A stretch of DNA of 64,000 bases from Vulcanimicrobiota bacterium. GTDB taxonomy: Bacteria; Vulcanimicrobiota; Vulcanimicrobiia; Vulcanimicrobiales; Vulcanimicrobiaceae. Below are positions 22,207 to 31,635 of this stretch, piece by piece (position 1 is the first letter of the stretch; the number at the start of each line of letters is the position of its first letter). Under the pieces are notes generated by a model, which was not told the origin of the DNA, ran no database searches, and worked only from the letters and a program-made list of their open reading frames with translations. The translations under genes were made by a program, and so were the position numbers. Where the stretch lies: the NCBI GenBank assembly GCA_963833095.1, contig CAWHWQ010000005.1:160001-224000 (forward strand). Reading direction: 5' to 3'.

Positions 22207-22257
22207 TTCGCATATATCGAGCGCGTTTTCAAAGCTGAATTCGCGGAAGCGGCTTGA
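22207..22257 (+). pseudogene. Diverged duplicate of the peptidase 3' end (part 2)
   Basis: FAYIERVFKAEFAEAA* versus YEYVERLFRVDFSAAA* at the end of 19135..19713. Confidence 0.7.
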
Positions 22258-22287
22258 CTCCGAATTGGTATAAATGTACCATGGTAC
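22254..22287 (+). promoter_or_regulatory. sigma70-like promoter with palindromic operator
   Basis: TTGACT-17 nt-TACCAT; perfect palindrome GTACCATGGTAC (22276-22287) over the -10. Confidence 0.55.
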
Positions 22288-22293
22288 CAAATT

Positions 22294-22563
22294 ATGCCGA
22301 CCAGTAAATCGCAAGTCAAGGAAGTCGAACGCGTGCAGACCGGCGTTCGAATAGAGAAGAATCTGCTCAAGGTCCTCAAGGGCGTTGCCGAGCTCCGAGA
22401 CATGTCTCTCGGAGAATTGATCGAGGGCATCGTCCTTCACGCACTCGAAGGGAAAGATCCCTTTTCGAAAGGGACGCTTCGGCAAATTGAAGAGTTACGC
22501 AAGCTCTACGGTCTCTCGCTTCGCGCCGGCGATAGTCACACGTTACGTGAAAACGTCCGATGA
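22294..22563 (+). CDS. Small ribbon-helix-helix-like DNA-binding protein
   Basis: RVQTGVRIE strand followed by two helices (LLKVLKGVAELRDMSLGELIEGIV). Confidence 0.65.
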   Translation: MPTSKSQVKEVERVQTGVRIEKNLLKVLKGVAELRDMSLGELIEGIVLHALEGKDPFSKGTLRQIEELRKLYGLSLRAGDSHTLRENVR

Positions 22564-23144
22564 GACCCTGGCTTTTGCTGGCGATCGGCGCATGTGTCGG
22601 AGGCGCTGTCGCCTTGATACCGGCGTTTGCCGCACACGTGCACTCCTTGCGTCATAATGCACAACGCGGCGCAAACGTCGTTCATACGAGTGTTACGTTC
22701 TCGTTCGTTGCGAAGGGATCGATGGCCGCGGTTGCACCGCTCTTCGGCGCGGATAAGGAACGCGCTTGGGCCCCCGGTTGGCAGCCCGACGTCCTGTGGC
22801 CCGCCGACGGCAGCGACCGATCGGGTATGATTTTCACCGTTGCCCATGGTCACACCCAAGCCGTTTGGGTCAATACGCGCTTCGATCTGCGTAGCGGCGA
22901 CGTCCAGTATGTCTACGTCGTGCCGGAGACGCTGGCTACGGTCATCACGATCGGGATGCGTCCCGACCATGGTGCGGCGCGCGTCACGGTTACCTACGAT
23001 CGCACGGCCTTGACCGCGGATGCGAACGCGCACGTGCTTGAACTTGCTGAGCACGACAAGCAAGCCGGGAGCGAATGGCAGCAGCAAATCAACAGCTTCC
23101 TTACTTCCGTCAACACTCACCAAGCGGGCGGATCAGGCGCATAG
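22560..23144 (+). CDS. Exported SRPBCC/START-like hypothetical protein
   Basis: N-terminal hydrophobic segment; PLFGADKERAWAPGW; VTVTYDRTAL. Confidence 0.6.
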   Translation: MRPWLLLAIGACVGGAVALIPAFAAHVHSLRHNAQRGANVVHTSVTFSFVAKGSMAAVAPLFGADKERAWAPGWQPDVLWPADGSDRSGMIFTVAHGHTQAVWVNTRFDLRSGDVQYVYVVPETLATVITIGMRPDHGAARVTVTYDRTALTADANAHVLELAEHDKQAGSEWQQQINSFLTSVNTHQAGGSGA

Positions 23145-23185
23145 CTGAGTTGCTAAGCTTCACCTTAGTAGTGTAGACTTAGCAT

Positions 23186-23617
23186 GTGCCCCGCCCTATC
23201 GCCGACGCCGCCAGCGAGAGCCTGTACGTCGCTCTTGCCCTCCTGGTCCGCCGGCTCAAACAGACGCGCGACGACACCCTCTCGGTTCCGGAAATCTCGG
23301 CGCTGGTTCGGCTCGAATCATCGGGCCCGGCCACGCTCACGGCGTTAGCCAAAATCGAGCGTATTAGCGCGCAGTCGCTTGGCACGACGCTTAGCGGCCT
23401 CAAATCGCGCGGGCTCGTACGGCGCGACGCCGATCCCGACGACGGCCGCCAGAGTGTCGTCTCCATCACGACCGCGGGGCGTACGATGCTTCGCAACCGG
23501 CGCAGCAACCGAGCGGCGCAGATGTCGCGCGCGCTGGCTGCGCAGTTTACCGCGCAAGAGCGCGCGACGCTGCGGGCTGCAGCGCCGCTGCTGGAACGGT
23601 TGGCGCACGCCCTGTAA
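23186..23617 (+). CDS. MarR-family regulator
   Basis: wHTH with GLVRR..DPDDGR..ITTAGR. Confidence 0.9.
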   Translation: MPRPIADAASESLYVALALLVRRLKQTRDDTLSVPEISALVRLESSGPATLTALAKIERISAQSLGTTLSGLKSRGLVRRDADPDDGRQSVVSITTAGRTMLRNRRSNRAAQMSRALAAQFTAQERATLRAAAPLLERLAHAL

Positions 23618-25296
23618 TGCCGGCCGACCGCTATCGCTGGATCGCGTTGTCCAACACGACGCTTGCCATCTTCATGTCCGCGCTCGATGGATCGATCGTC
23701 ATCATCTCGCTGCCCGCGATCTTTCGCGGCATTCGCTTGGATCCGCTTGGCGCCGAGAACATCGGCTATTTGCTCTGGATGATCATGGGCTACATGCTCG
23801 TGCAAGCGGTGCTGGTCGTCACGCTCGGACGGCTCGGCGACATGTATGGACGAGTCAAGATCTACAACCTCGGCTTCGTCGTGTTTACGATCGCGTCGCT
23901 CCTGCTGTCATTCGATCCGTTCACCGGCGGTCACGGCGCGTTGTGGCTGATCGGCTGGCGGTTGCTTCAAGCGCTCGGCGGATCGATGCTCACCGCAAAC
24001 TCGGCGGCCATTCTCACCGATGCCTTTCCCAAAGATCAGCGCGGCTTTGCTCTGGGCATCAACCAAATCGCCGGTCTGAGCGGGCAATTTCTCGGACTTG
24101 TGGCCGGCGGCGTGCTGGCGATCATCGATTGGCGCGCGATCTTTTGGGTGAACGTTCCGGTCGGCATCTTCGGCACGGTGTGGGCGTATCGAAATCTGCG
24201 CGAGCAGGGGCATCATCGGTCCGCGAACATCGATTGGTGGGGAAATCTCACCTTTGCGTTGGGTCTGGGGGCCGTCTTGGTGGCGATAACCTCGGGCATC
24301 CATCCGTACGGAACCCACGCGATGGGCTGGACGAATCCGGCGACCTACGGTCCGCTCGTCGGCGGTATTGCGTTGCTCGTTGCATTCGTGTTCATCGAAC
24401 GGCGGGCTGCAGAACCAATGTTTGATTTGCGATTGCTGCGGATCCGCGCATTTTCGGCAGGCATTGCCGCTGTGCTCGCGGCGGCAATTGCTCGAGGCGG
24501 CTTGCAGTTGATGCTGGTCATCTGGCTGCAAGGCATCTGGCTTCCGCTGCACGGCTATTCGTATACGCAAACGCCGCTGTGGGCGGGAATTTTCTTGCTC
24601 CCGCTTTCGGCGGGCTTTCTGGTCGCGGGTCCGCTGTCGGGATATCTTTCGGATCGATTCGGGGCGCGCCGTTTCTCCACGACCGGATTGTTGGTCTTTG
24701 GCGCAGGTATGCTGGGACTGTTGTTCTTGCCGATCGACTTTTCGTACTGGACCTTCGCAGCGCTTATCGCCTGCGCGGGAATCGGCACCGGCATGTTTGC
24801 CGCGCCCAACACGTCTGCGGTCATGAGCAGCGTTCCGGCAGCTCAGCGCGGCGTTGCTTCAGGGATGCGCTCGACCTTTCAAAACTCGGGAAATCTGCTC
24901 TCGATCGGCATCTTCTTCTCGCTGATGATCGGCGTTCTCGCGAAAAGCCTTCCCCCAGCGATGATAGCTGGGCTCGCGCAGCAAGGCGTCCCGGTACACA
25001 TCGCAACGCAGATTGCCGCGCTTCCGCCGGTGTCGTCGCTCTTCGCGGCATTTCTTGGCATCAACCCGCTAGAGCATCTGCTTGCGCCCTCGGGCGTACT
25101 TTCGCATCTTTCCGCAACGCAGCGTGAGACGCTCACCGGAACGACCTTCTTCCCACATTTGATCGCGACGCCGTTTCATTATGGGTTGACGGCCGTCTTT
25201 ACGCTCGCAATCGCGCTGTCGCTCTTCGGCGCCGTCGCATCATTCATGCGCGGAAGCCGCGCGCGCAGCTTACCCGTTTCACCGCAGGAACCATAA
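23617..25296 (+). CDS. MFS transporter (DHA2, 14-TM)
   Basis: ALDGSIV, GRLGDMYGR, WRAIFWVNVPVG. Confidence 0.9.
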   Translation: MPADRYRWIALSNTTLAIFMSALDGSIVIISLPAIFRGIRLDPLGAENIGYLLWMIMGYMLVQAVLVVTLGRLGDMYGRVKIYNLGFVVFTIASLLLSFDPFTGGHGALWLIGWRLLQALGGSMLTANSAAILTDAFPKDQRGFALGINQIAGLSGQFLGLVAGGVLAIIDWRAIFWVNVPVGIFGTVWAYRNLREQGHHRSANIDWWGNLTFALGLGAVLVAITSGIHPYGTHAMGWTNPATYGPLVGGIALLVAFVFIERRAAEPMFDLRLLRIRAFSAGIAAVLAAAIARGGLQLMLVIWLQGIWLPLHGYSYTQTPLWAGIFLLPLSAGFLVAGPLSGYLSDRFGARRFSTTGLLVFGAGMLGLLFLPIDFSYWTFAALIACAGIGTGMFAAPNTSAVMSSVPAAQRGVASGMRSTFQNSGNLLSIGIFFSLMIGVLAKSLPPAMIAGLAQQGVPVHIATQIAALPPVSSLFAAFLGINPLEHLLAPSGVLSHLSATQRETLTGTTFFPHLIATPFHYGLTAVFTLAIALSLFGAVASFMRGSRARSLPVSPQEP

Positions 25297-25305
25297 GGAG
25301 CCACC

Positions 25306-25899
25306 ATGCCCGATACCGCACCGAAGATCGATCCCGCGCATGCGGCGCTGCTCATCATGGACTATCAGACGGGCATTCTCGCGATGGTCGAGAATGCCGA
25401 CGCGCTCGTGGCCAACGCTCAGCATGCCATTCGCTCCGTCCGCAGCCACGGTGGACACATCGGCTACGTTCGCGTTGCCTTCGCGCAAGCGGACTACGAC
25501 GCGATCCCCGAACGCAACAAGGGCTTCTGGGCGGCCAAATCATCGGGCCGAGATTTCGCAACCGATTCTCCGGTCACCGCGATCGACACGCGCATCGCGC
25601 CGCAAGACGGCGATATCGTTGTGCGCAAGACGCGCGTCGGCGCGTTTTCGACGACCGATTTAGCGCGGCAATTGAGCTCGCGTGGAATAGATACTTTGAT
25701 CCTTGCGGGCATTAGCACGAGCGGCGTCGTGCTCTCGACCATCCGCGATGCCGCCGACCACGACTATCGGCTCGTCGTCCTTGCCGACGCCTGCGCCGAC
25801 CCGCAGGCCGACGTACACACCCTGCTCATGGAGAAAGTCTTTCCGCGCCAATCCGACGTTGTGACGACCGGCGACCTCGACGCACTCTTTTCGCAGTAG
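25306..25899 (+). CDS. Isochorismatase-family cysteine hydrolase
   Basis: MDYQ, KTRVGAF, AGISTSGVVLST, DACAD. Confidence 0.88.
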   Translation: MPDTAPKIDPAHAALLIMDYQTGILAMVENADALVANAQHAIRSVRSHGGHIGYVRVAFAQADYDAIPERNKGFWAAKSSGRDFATDSPVTAIDTRIAPQDGDIVVRKTRVGAFSTTDLARQLSSRGIDTLILAGISTSGVVLSTIRDAADHDYRLVVLADACADPQADVHTLLMEKVFPRQSDVVTTGDLDALFSQ

Positions 25900-25936
25900 C
25901 GAGTGGTTTCCAAGCGAGGCGTAGAAGCCTGGAGCG

Positions 25937-26716
25937 ATGGTCACGCGCTTACCCGTCGTCTTTTTCGGACACGGCAACCCGATGAATGCACTCGACAACA
26001 ATCCCTACGCGAAAGCATGGCAAGGGCTTGGTGAGCAGTTGCCGCGGCCACGCGCGATTCTCGCCATCTCGGCGCATTGGTACGTGCCCGCAACGCTCGT
26101 TACCGCGAATGAATATCCCCGCACGATCCACGACTTCGGCGGTTTTCCGCCCGAGCTGTACGCGATGCAGTATCCCGCTCCGGGCGATCTCGGCGTCGCT
26201 GCGCGCGTCACCGAGTTGCTCGCCCCGTACGACGCGATGGGTGACAAGGATTGGGGACTCGATCACGGCACGTGGTCCGTCCTCGCCCACGTCTATCCCA
26301 AGGCCGATATTCCCGTCGTGCAACTGAGTATCGATGAAACGCTTGGGCCGGCGCTGCACTTCGAGATCGGCACCGCGCTACGGCCGTTGCGCGAGGACGG
26401 CGTCATGATCGTCGCGAGCGGTAACATCGTGCACAATCTGCACGCGTTCGCCTGGGGGCGGCATCCGGTCAAGCCGTTCGACTGGGCGCAACGCTTCGAA
26501 ACCAAAGCGCGAGAACTTCTGGTCGCCCGCAATTTCGATCCGCTGATCGACTACGAATCGCTCGGCGAAGACGCGCGACTGTCCGCCCCGACGCCGGATC
26601 ACTACTTGCCGCTGCTCTATGCGATGGGCGCATCGGACGAGAACGATCGCGTAAGCTTCCCCGTCGAAGGAATCGACGGCGGTTCGGTCTCGATGCTCTC
26701 GGTACTCTTTTCTTAG
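25937..26716 (+). CDS. ygiD: 4,5-DOPA extradiol dioxygenase
   Basis: FFGHGNPMNAL, ISAHW, TIHDFGGFP, GLDHGTW, SGNIVHNL, PTPDHYLPL. Confidence 0.9.
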   Translation: MVTRLPVVFFGHGNPMNALDNNPYAKAWQGLGEQLPRPRAILAISAHWYVPATLVTANEYPRTIHDFGGFPPELYAMQYPAPGDLGVAARVTELLAPYDAMGDKDWGLDHGTWSVLAHVYPKADIPVVQLSIDETLGPALHFEIGTALRPLREDGVMIVASGNIVHNLHAFAWGRHPVKPFDWAQRFETKARELLVARNFDPLIDYESLGEDARLSAPTPDHYLPLLYAMGASDENDRVSFPVEGIDGGSVSMLSVLFS

Positions 26717-27910
26717 ATGCGCACCGGCAAGGAGGCCCACATTGCTACGATCGTTCTCGTCAACATCTACTGGCTTCCACTCTCGCTGCAAGAAGCGGCC
26801 CTGCTCGCAATCGCGATTCCGGCGGCGCTCGTACGCCTAACACCAGAGAACCACGTCGCCACGTATGCGATTCTCGCGAGCCTTATCTCGGTGGTCGGTG
26901 TCTTTTTGCCTTGGCCGGTCGGTGCGCTCTCCGACCGCCTGCGCGGAACGGGAACGCCGCGTCAAGCGTTGGCTCTTGCGGGCGCCGCGATCAACGTTAT
27001 CGGGCTGGTGCTGGCTGCGAGCACGACGTCGCTTACAGCCTTTTGCGGCGCGATTATCTTAGCGACGTTTGGAGCCACGGTTAGCACTACCGCGTACCAG
27101 GCCATGCTGCCCGAAGCGATTGCGCGCGCGGCGTGGGGTGTGGCCTCGGGCGTGCGCGGTGCCGCAACGCTGATCGGCACCGTCTTCGGTCTTGGGCTCG
27201 GCGGCGCGCTCGCCCCCAACATTGTCTTTCTCACCTGCGCCGCCGTCGTCGCCATCGGCGCGGTGACGCTGCGCGGCCTTGTGCCGCGCGAACAAACCGC
27301 CGATGACCGAGCGCACATTCGCGACTGGCACGATTTTATCGTCGTCTTTATCGCTCGCGCCTGCATCGTCTTCGGACTCTCCCTGCTCACCACGTTCGTG
27401 CTTTACTTCTTCCGCGACGTGCTGCGCGTAGCCAATCCGTCGATGGGAACGGGAATTACCGGCATTGCGGCGCTGATCGGCGCGGCCGCGGCGAGCATCG
27501 CGCTCGGCGTCTTGTCGGATCGCGTGCGGCCGTATCGCAAAGTGATCACCGCATTGTGCGGCATTCCCATGACGGTTGCCGCTATGGGCTACGCGATCGC
27601 TCCGCACGAATCGTTGATTTGGATCTTCGCGCTGCTCTTCGGGATCGGCTACGGCGGCGTGCTCTCAACCGGATGGGCGCTCGCGCTCGATGCGATGCCG
27701 GCTATGCGCGACGTCGCGCGCGATCTTGGGATCTGGGGCATGGCGACGCACATTCCCTCGATTATCGCTCCGCTCATCGGCGGCGCGATGATTCGCTATT
27801 TCAACGGATCGTTCAACGGCTATCGCGCGCTCTTTGCTCTGGCCGCCCTCGCGTTTGCCATCGGCTCGTCATCGGTCCTTGCTGTTCGAGGAGAGGCGCG
27901 TGAAGGGTAA
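26717..27910 (+). CDS. MFS transporter
   Basis: About 12 hydrophobic segments; GALSDR and GVLSDR motifs. Confidence 0.82.
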   Translation: MRTGKEAHIATIVLVNIYWLPLSLQEAALLAIAIPAALVRLTPENHVATYAILASLISVVGVFLPWPVGALSDRLRGTGTPRQALALAGAAINVIGLVLAASTTSLTAFCGAIILATFGATVSTTAYQAMLPEAIARAAWGVASGVRGAATLIGTVFGLGLGGALAPNIVFLTCAAVVAIGAVTLRGLVPREQTADDRAHIRDWHDFIVVFIARACIVFGLSLLTTFVLYFFRDVLRVANPSMGTGITGIAALIGAAAASIALGVLSDRVRPYRKVITALCGIPMTVAAMGYAIAPHESLIWIFALLFGIGYGGVLSTGWALALDAMPAMRDVARDLGIWGMATHIPSIIAPLIGGAMIRYFNGSFNGYRALFALAALAFAIGSSSVLAVRGEAREG

Positions 27911-29108
27911 CGAAATCCGGGCGGTCTCGCCGTGGTATCTCCAGCCGCTGCGCTGGATGGCCTACATTTGCGTCGCGTCCTATTACCGCGTCACGTGTCG
28001 GATTCGCTCATGGGGCGCCTTGCCGTACCACCGCGGGCCGACTCTGATCGTTGCAAACCATCAGCACGAACTCGAATCGCCGGTGATCGTTGCCGACCTT
28101 GGGCTACGATCGCTTTCTTGGCGCGACCCGATTTTCACCGTCTCGTCGCGGAGAATGTGGGAGCCGGGGTTCTTTGCCGAGCGTATCCCCTGGCTCGCGA
28201 TCGCGCGCGAGACGAATTTCGGTTGGCTCTTCGGCTCGATCGGCATGCAGCCGATCGAAAACGAGTTGCAATCACGCCCGTACGCGAGCATCGCCTACAC
28301 ATTGATCGGCTTGCATGGCGATCTACCGATTGAGAGCGTCTTGCGCGACAAGGCTCTCGCGCAACTTCCGCCCGGCATCGGCAAGCTCAGCGATTTGCTT
28401 ACCGCGCGCCACTTCGCGTTTGCGCGCTCCTACGTGCGCATCTCCGACCTTCTTGAACCGTATCGCGAAGGGGTAATGCGCGCAACGCGTGCGAGCATCG
28501 ACGCCGACATCGCGCATTTCGAGAATTTGCAGCGGGACGGCGCAACGATCTTTCTCACGCCCGAGGGCTTCTATAGCGGCGACGGCAAGATGCGCCCGCT
28601 GCGTGGCATTCTCGCGCGCCTCGTGCCGCTTGCGACAGTCTGGCTTGCGGCCATCAGCTACGATCCGTACGTCCGGCAACGGTTGACGATGCTCTATCGC
28701 GTAACACCGGCGACCGGCGATCTTCCGCTGGATACTCAGCTCAAGGCCGCGCGTCCGGTGACGACCAGCGCCCTACTGTGCACGTGGATTGCACAACACG
28801 ACGGAAGTTTCACCGCGCGCGATGCCGCTGCCGGTGTCACGCAGGAAGTGCAGCTTTTGCCGGCTGCCGCGTTCACGGTGCCGGAGTTACGCTCAAATCC
28901 CGATGCCGCCGTCGGAGACGCGCTGCGCGGGATGGTTCGTCTGCGCACGCTCGAGCTTCGCGACAGCGCTTACACGCTCACCTCGGAGCGCACGCACCCG
29001 CAATTTGCGCGCACACAAGATATGATCGCGTATCAGGTAAACTTTCACGCCGAAACGTTGGACGGGTTAGCGACGGCGCAAGGCGGCGGCAACCAGACGG
29101 CCGGCTAG
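27900..29108 (+). CDS. PlsC-like (LPLAT) acyltransferase
   Basis: IVANHQHELE (HxxxxD/E) and FLTPEG motifs. Confidence 0.6.
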   Translation: MKGNEIRAVSPWYLQPLRWMAYICVASYYRVTCRIRSWGALPYHRGPTLIVANHQHELESPVIVADLGLRSLSWRDPIFTVSSRRMWEPGFFAERIPWLAIARETNFGWLFGSIGMQPIENELQSRPYASIAYTLIGLHGDLPIESVLRDKALAQLPPGIGKLSDLLTARHFAFARSYVRISDLLEPYREGVMRATRASIDADIAHFENLQRDGATIFLTPEGFYSGDGKMRPLRGILARLVPLATVWLAAISYDPYVRQRLTMLYRVTPATGDLPLDTQLKAARPVTTSALLCTWIAQHDGSFTARDAAAGVTQEVQLLPAAAFTVPELRSNPDAAVGDALRGMVRLRTLELRDSAYTLTSERTHPQFARTQDMIAYQVNFHAETLDGLATAQGGGNQTAG

Positions 29109-29672
29109 GTCTGCGCATTTCGGCGCTTCGCGCGAAAGCCACATGGCCTCGCCCCAGTTGCGCGGATTGAGAATCGCGCGGGCCGGATGCAGCCACGCAC
29201 TGGAAAGTTCGTTCTGCGGTGAGTCGAGGATCACGCGAACGACCGCAAGTGACTCGACGAGAATCCGTGCGCTCTCCATGTCGACCCCCGCGAAGCCGCG
29301 TTGCGCCCACACGGCGCGCTGCGCGCCGTTGATCAGGGTCGCGCTGGTGAGCAATGGTGCGTCCACCGGCACGCACCCGAGTTCTCGTGCCGCCCGGCGC
29401 AAACGCAGCGTCCAGTCCGGATCGCACTCGACCGTTACTCCGTCAGTCGTGCTGAGAGACGACGGGATCAGCACCGTTCCCGTCGGGAGATCCGTGCGTA
29501 AGCCGCCGGCAAGTCCGCAACTGATCGCAAGATGCCCAAGTGCCGACGCCCGGAGTCGCGCAAGGCCGATACCGGACTCGACAACCCGCGCTTGCGGCGC
29601 GTGGCGTCGCACCGCGCGCGCCTCGAGACTGGTCGCGGCGACAATCGCCGGCTCTTCAGGCGGCGTAGCCAT
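29067..29672 (-). CDS. hpnG: Hopanoid-associated nucleoside phosphorylase (HpnG-like)
   Basis: SCGLAGGL, GVDMES, VVRVILD; last gene of the hpn operon. Confidence 0.75.
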   Translation of the reverse strand: MATPPEEPAIVAATSLEARAVRRHAPQARVVESGIGLARLRASALGHLAISCGLAGGLRTDLPTGTVLIPSSLSTTDGVTVECDPDWTLRLRRAARELGCVPVDAPLLTSATLINGAQRAVWAQRGFAGVDMESARILVESLAVVRVILDSPQNELSSAWLHPARAILNPRNWGEAMWLSREAPKCADLAGRLVAAALRRR

Positions 29673-30612
29673 GATCTCGATACCACACGATGGCGTTCAC
29701 CAGCGCATCGATGACGGGTCGCATGCGAACGCCGAGCGCCTCCTCCGTCTTCACTGAGTCAGCCGAGTCGACGAACATTTGCTTTTGCGACATCCGCACG
29801 CCTTCCAACGGAACGAAGGGCGTCGCACCGCTCACGCGGCAACGCGCTTCGTCAAACCAGGCCGCGGCATACATCAGCGGGACCGGCGCTCGCATGCGAG
29901 GCGCCGCGCGGCCGGTCAGCTCGGCAAGCAAATCCCACAGCGCATCGAAGCTGAAGTTCTCCCCGCCGATCACGAATCGTTCACCGATGGCACCGCGCTC
30001 GAGCGCGGCGACGTGCGCTTGGGCCACTTGCTCGACGTCGACGAGATTCATGCCGCCGCTCGCCGGCGGACGCGCAATCATCTTGCCGCGCATGAAGTCG
30101 ACGATCATCGCGCCGGTCGGCGTCGGTTTCCAGTCGCCCGTGCCCACCGGCGCAGTAGGCAGCACGGCGACGGTTGGGAGCCGGCTCGCAAAGGCACCGC
30201 GTTCTTGCACGATCTTCGATGCGTGGTAATCGAGTTCGTGGGAAGTAAACGCGTGCGTTTCTCCGTCGAGCGTCGCCGAGCTCGAGGTCAGCACCGCGCG
30301 TTCGACCCCGGCGAGATGCGCCGCTGCGAAGAGTCCCTCGGTGCCGAGCACGTTGGTCCGGCGCATCGCCGTACGGTCCCGCGGTCCGAACGAGTACTGC
30401 GCGGCGCAATGCACCAGATAGCGACAGCCGTCAAGCGCATGCGCCAGTGCGCCGGGCCGGTTCAGATCGCCGCTGACGATTTCAGCGCCTTCCACCGGCG
30501 CCATCGGCCCGCGGGCCAAAGCCCGGACGCGGTAGCCGGCATCAAGAAGCGCACGTAGAACGTGCGCTCCAACGAAACCTGACCCGCCTGTTAGGAAGAC
30601 TAAATCCCGCAC
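29656..30612 (-). CDS. hpnA: Hopanoid-associated NAD-dependent epimerase/dehydratase
   Basis: TGGSGFVG, YHASK, GDWKPTPTG; cluster context. Confidence 0.82.
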   Translation of the reverse strand: MRDLVFLTGGSGFVGAHVLRALLDAGYRVRALARGPMAPVEGAEIVSGDLNRPGALAHALDGCRYLVHCAAQYSFGPRDRTAMRRTNVLGTEGLFAAAHLAGVERAVLTSSSATLDGETHAFTSHELDYHASKIVQERGAFASRLPTVAVLPTAPVGTGDWKPTPTGAMIVDFMRGKMIARPPASGGMNLVDVEQVAQAHVAALERGAIGERFVIGGENFSFDALWDLLAELTGRAAPRMRAPVPLMYAAAWFDEARCRVSGATPFVPLEGVRMSQKQMFVDSADSVKTEEALGVRMRPVIDALVNAIVWYRDHGYAA

Positions 30613-30627
30613 GATGGCGGAACCATC

Positions 30628-31635
30628 TTAACGGGTTCCAATTGCCGCGCGAATCGATTCCTTGATCGAACCGGTGGTCCGAATCACTGCCGTAGGCTCG
30701 TATCCGCAGTGCGCCATGCAGTTGTTGCAGCTGGGGTGCTTACCGCGACCGTACTTTTCCCAATCGGTCTCTTCGATCAATTCCTTGTACGTCTTGGCGT
30801 AAGGCGCGTCGCTCATCAGATAGCATGGACGCTGCCAGCCGAACACCGTGTAGCAGGGGATCCCCCACGGCGTGCACTCGAAATCGACCTTGCCCTCCAG
30901 GAAATCCAGATAGAGCGGACTATGATTGAGGCGCCACTCTTTGCGCTTGTCGCCGGCGAATGCCTCACGAAAAATATCGCGCGTGCGCTCGACGCCAAGG
31001 AAGTGTTCCTGATCGGGCGCCTTCTCGTACGCGTAACCGGGCGAGATTTGCATCATGTCGACTTTCAAATCGTTATTGAGATAGTCGAGCACGGCGCGGA
31101 TCGACTTAGCGTCGTCGCGATCGAAGAACGTGGTGTTGGTAATAACCTTGAAGCCCTTCGCTTTTGCAACTTTGATCGCGGAAATCGCTTTTTCGAAAAC
31201 GCCCTCGCGACAGACCGACTCATCGTGCTCCGCCTTGAGCCCGTCGAGGTGGATCATCCACGAAAAGTAGGGCGATGGTTTGAACTGATCGATCTTCTTT
31301 TCGAGCAGCAACGCATTGGTGCAGAGAAAGACGAATTTCTTGCGCTTGAGCAGTTCTTCGACGATCTGCGGCATTTGATCGTGGATCAATGGCTCGCCGC
31401 CGGCGATCGAGACGCACGGGGCGCCGCATTCATCGACCGCCGCCATACATTCCTCGACGCTTAGACGCTTGCGTAGCACGTCGGTCGGGTGCGAAATCTT
31501 CCCGCAGCCGGCGCAAGCTAGGTTGCACTGCAGCAGGGGCTCGAGCTCCAGGACGAGAGGATACTTCTTCTCGCCACGCAGCTTTTTACCGAAGATGTAC
31601 TTTCCGACTGTTAGTTTCTCTTGTAACGAACTCAA
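30628..31635 (-). CDS. hpnH: Adenosyl-hopene transferase, radical SAM
   Basis: YPLVLELEPL, CNLACAGC, CMAHCGYE. Confidence 0.93.
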   Translation of the reverse strand: MSSLQEKLTVGKYIFGKKLRGEKKYPLVLELEPLLQCNLACAGCGKISHPTDVLRKRLSVEECMAAVDECGAPCVSIAGGEPLIHDQMPQIVEELLKRKKFVFLCTNALLLEKKIDQFKPSPYFSWMIHLDGLKAEHDESVCREGVFEKAISAIKVAKAKGFKVITNTTFFDRDDAKSIRAVLDYLNNDLKVDMMQISPGYAYEKAPDQEHFLGVERTRDIFREAFAGDKRKEWRLNHSPLYLDFLEGKVDFECTPWGIPCYTVFGWQRPCYLMSDAPYAKTYKELIEETDWEKYGRGKHPSCNNCMAHCGYEPTAVIRTTGSIKESIRAAIGTR

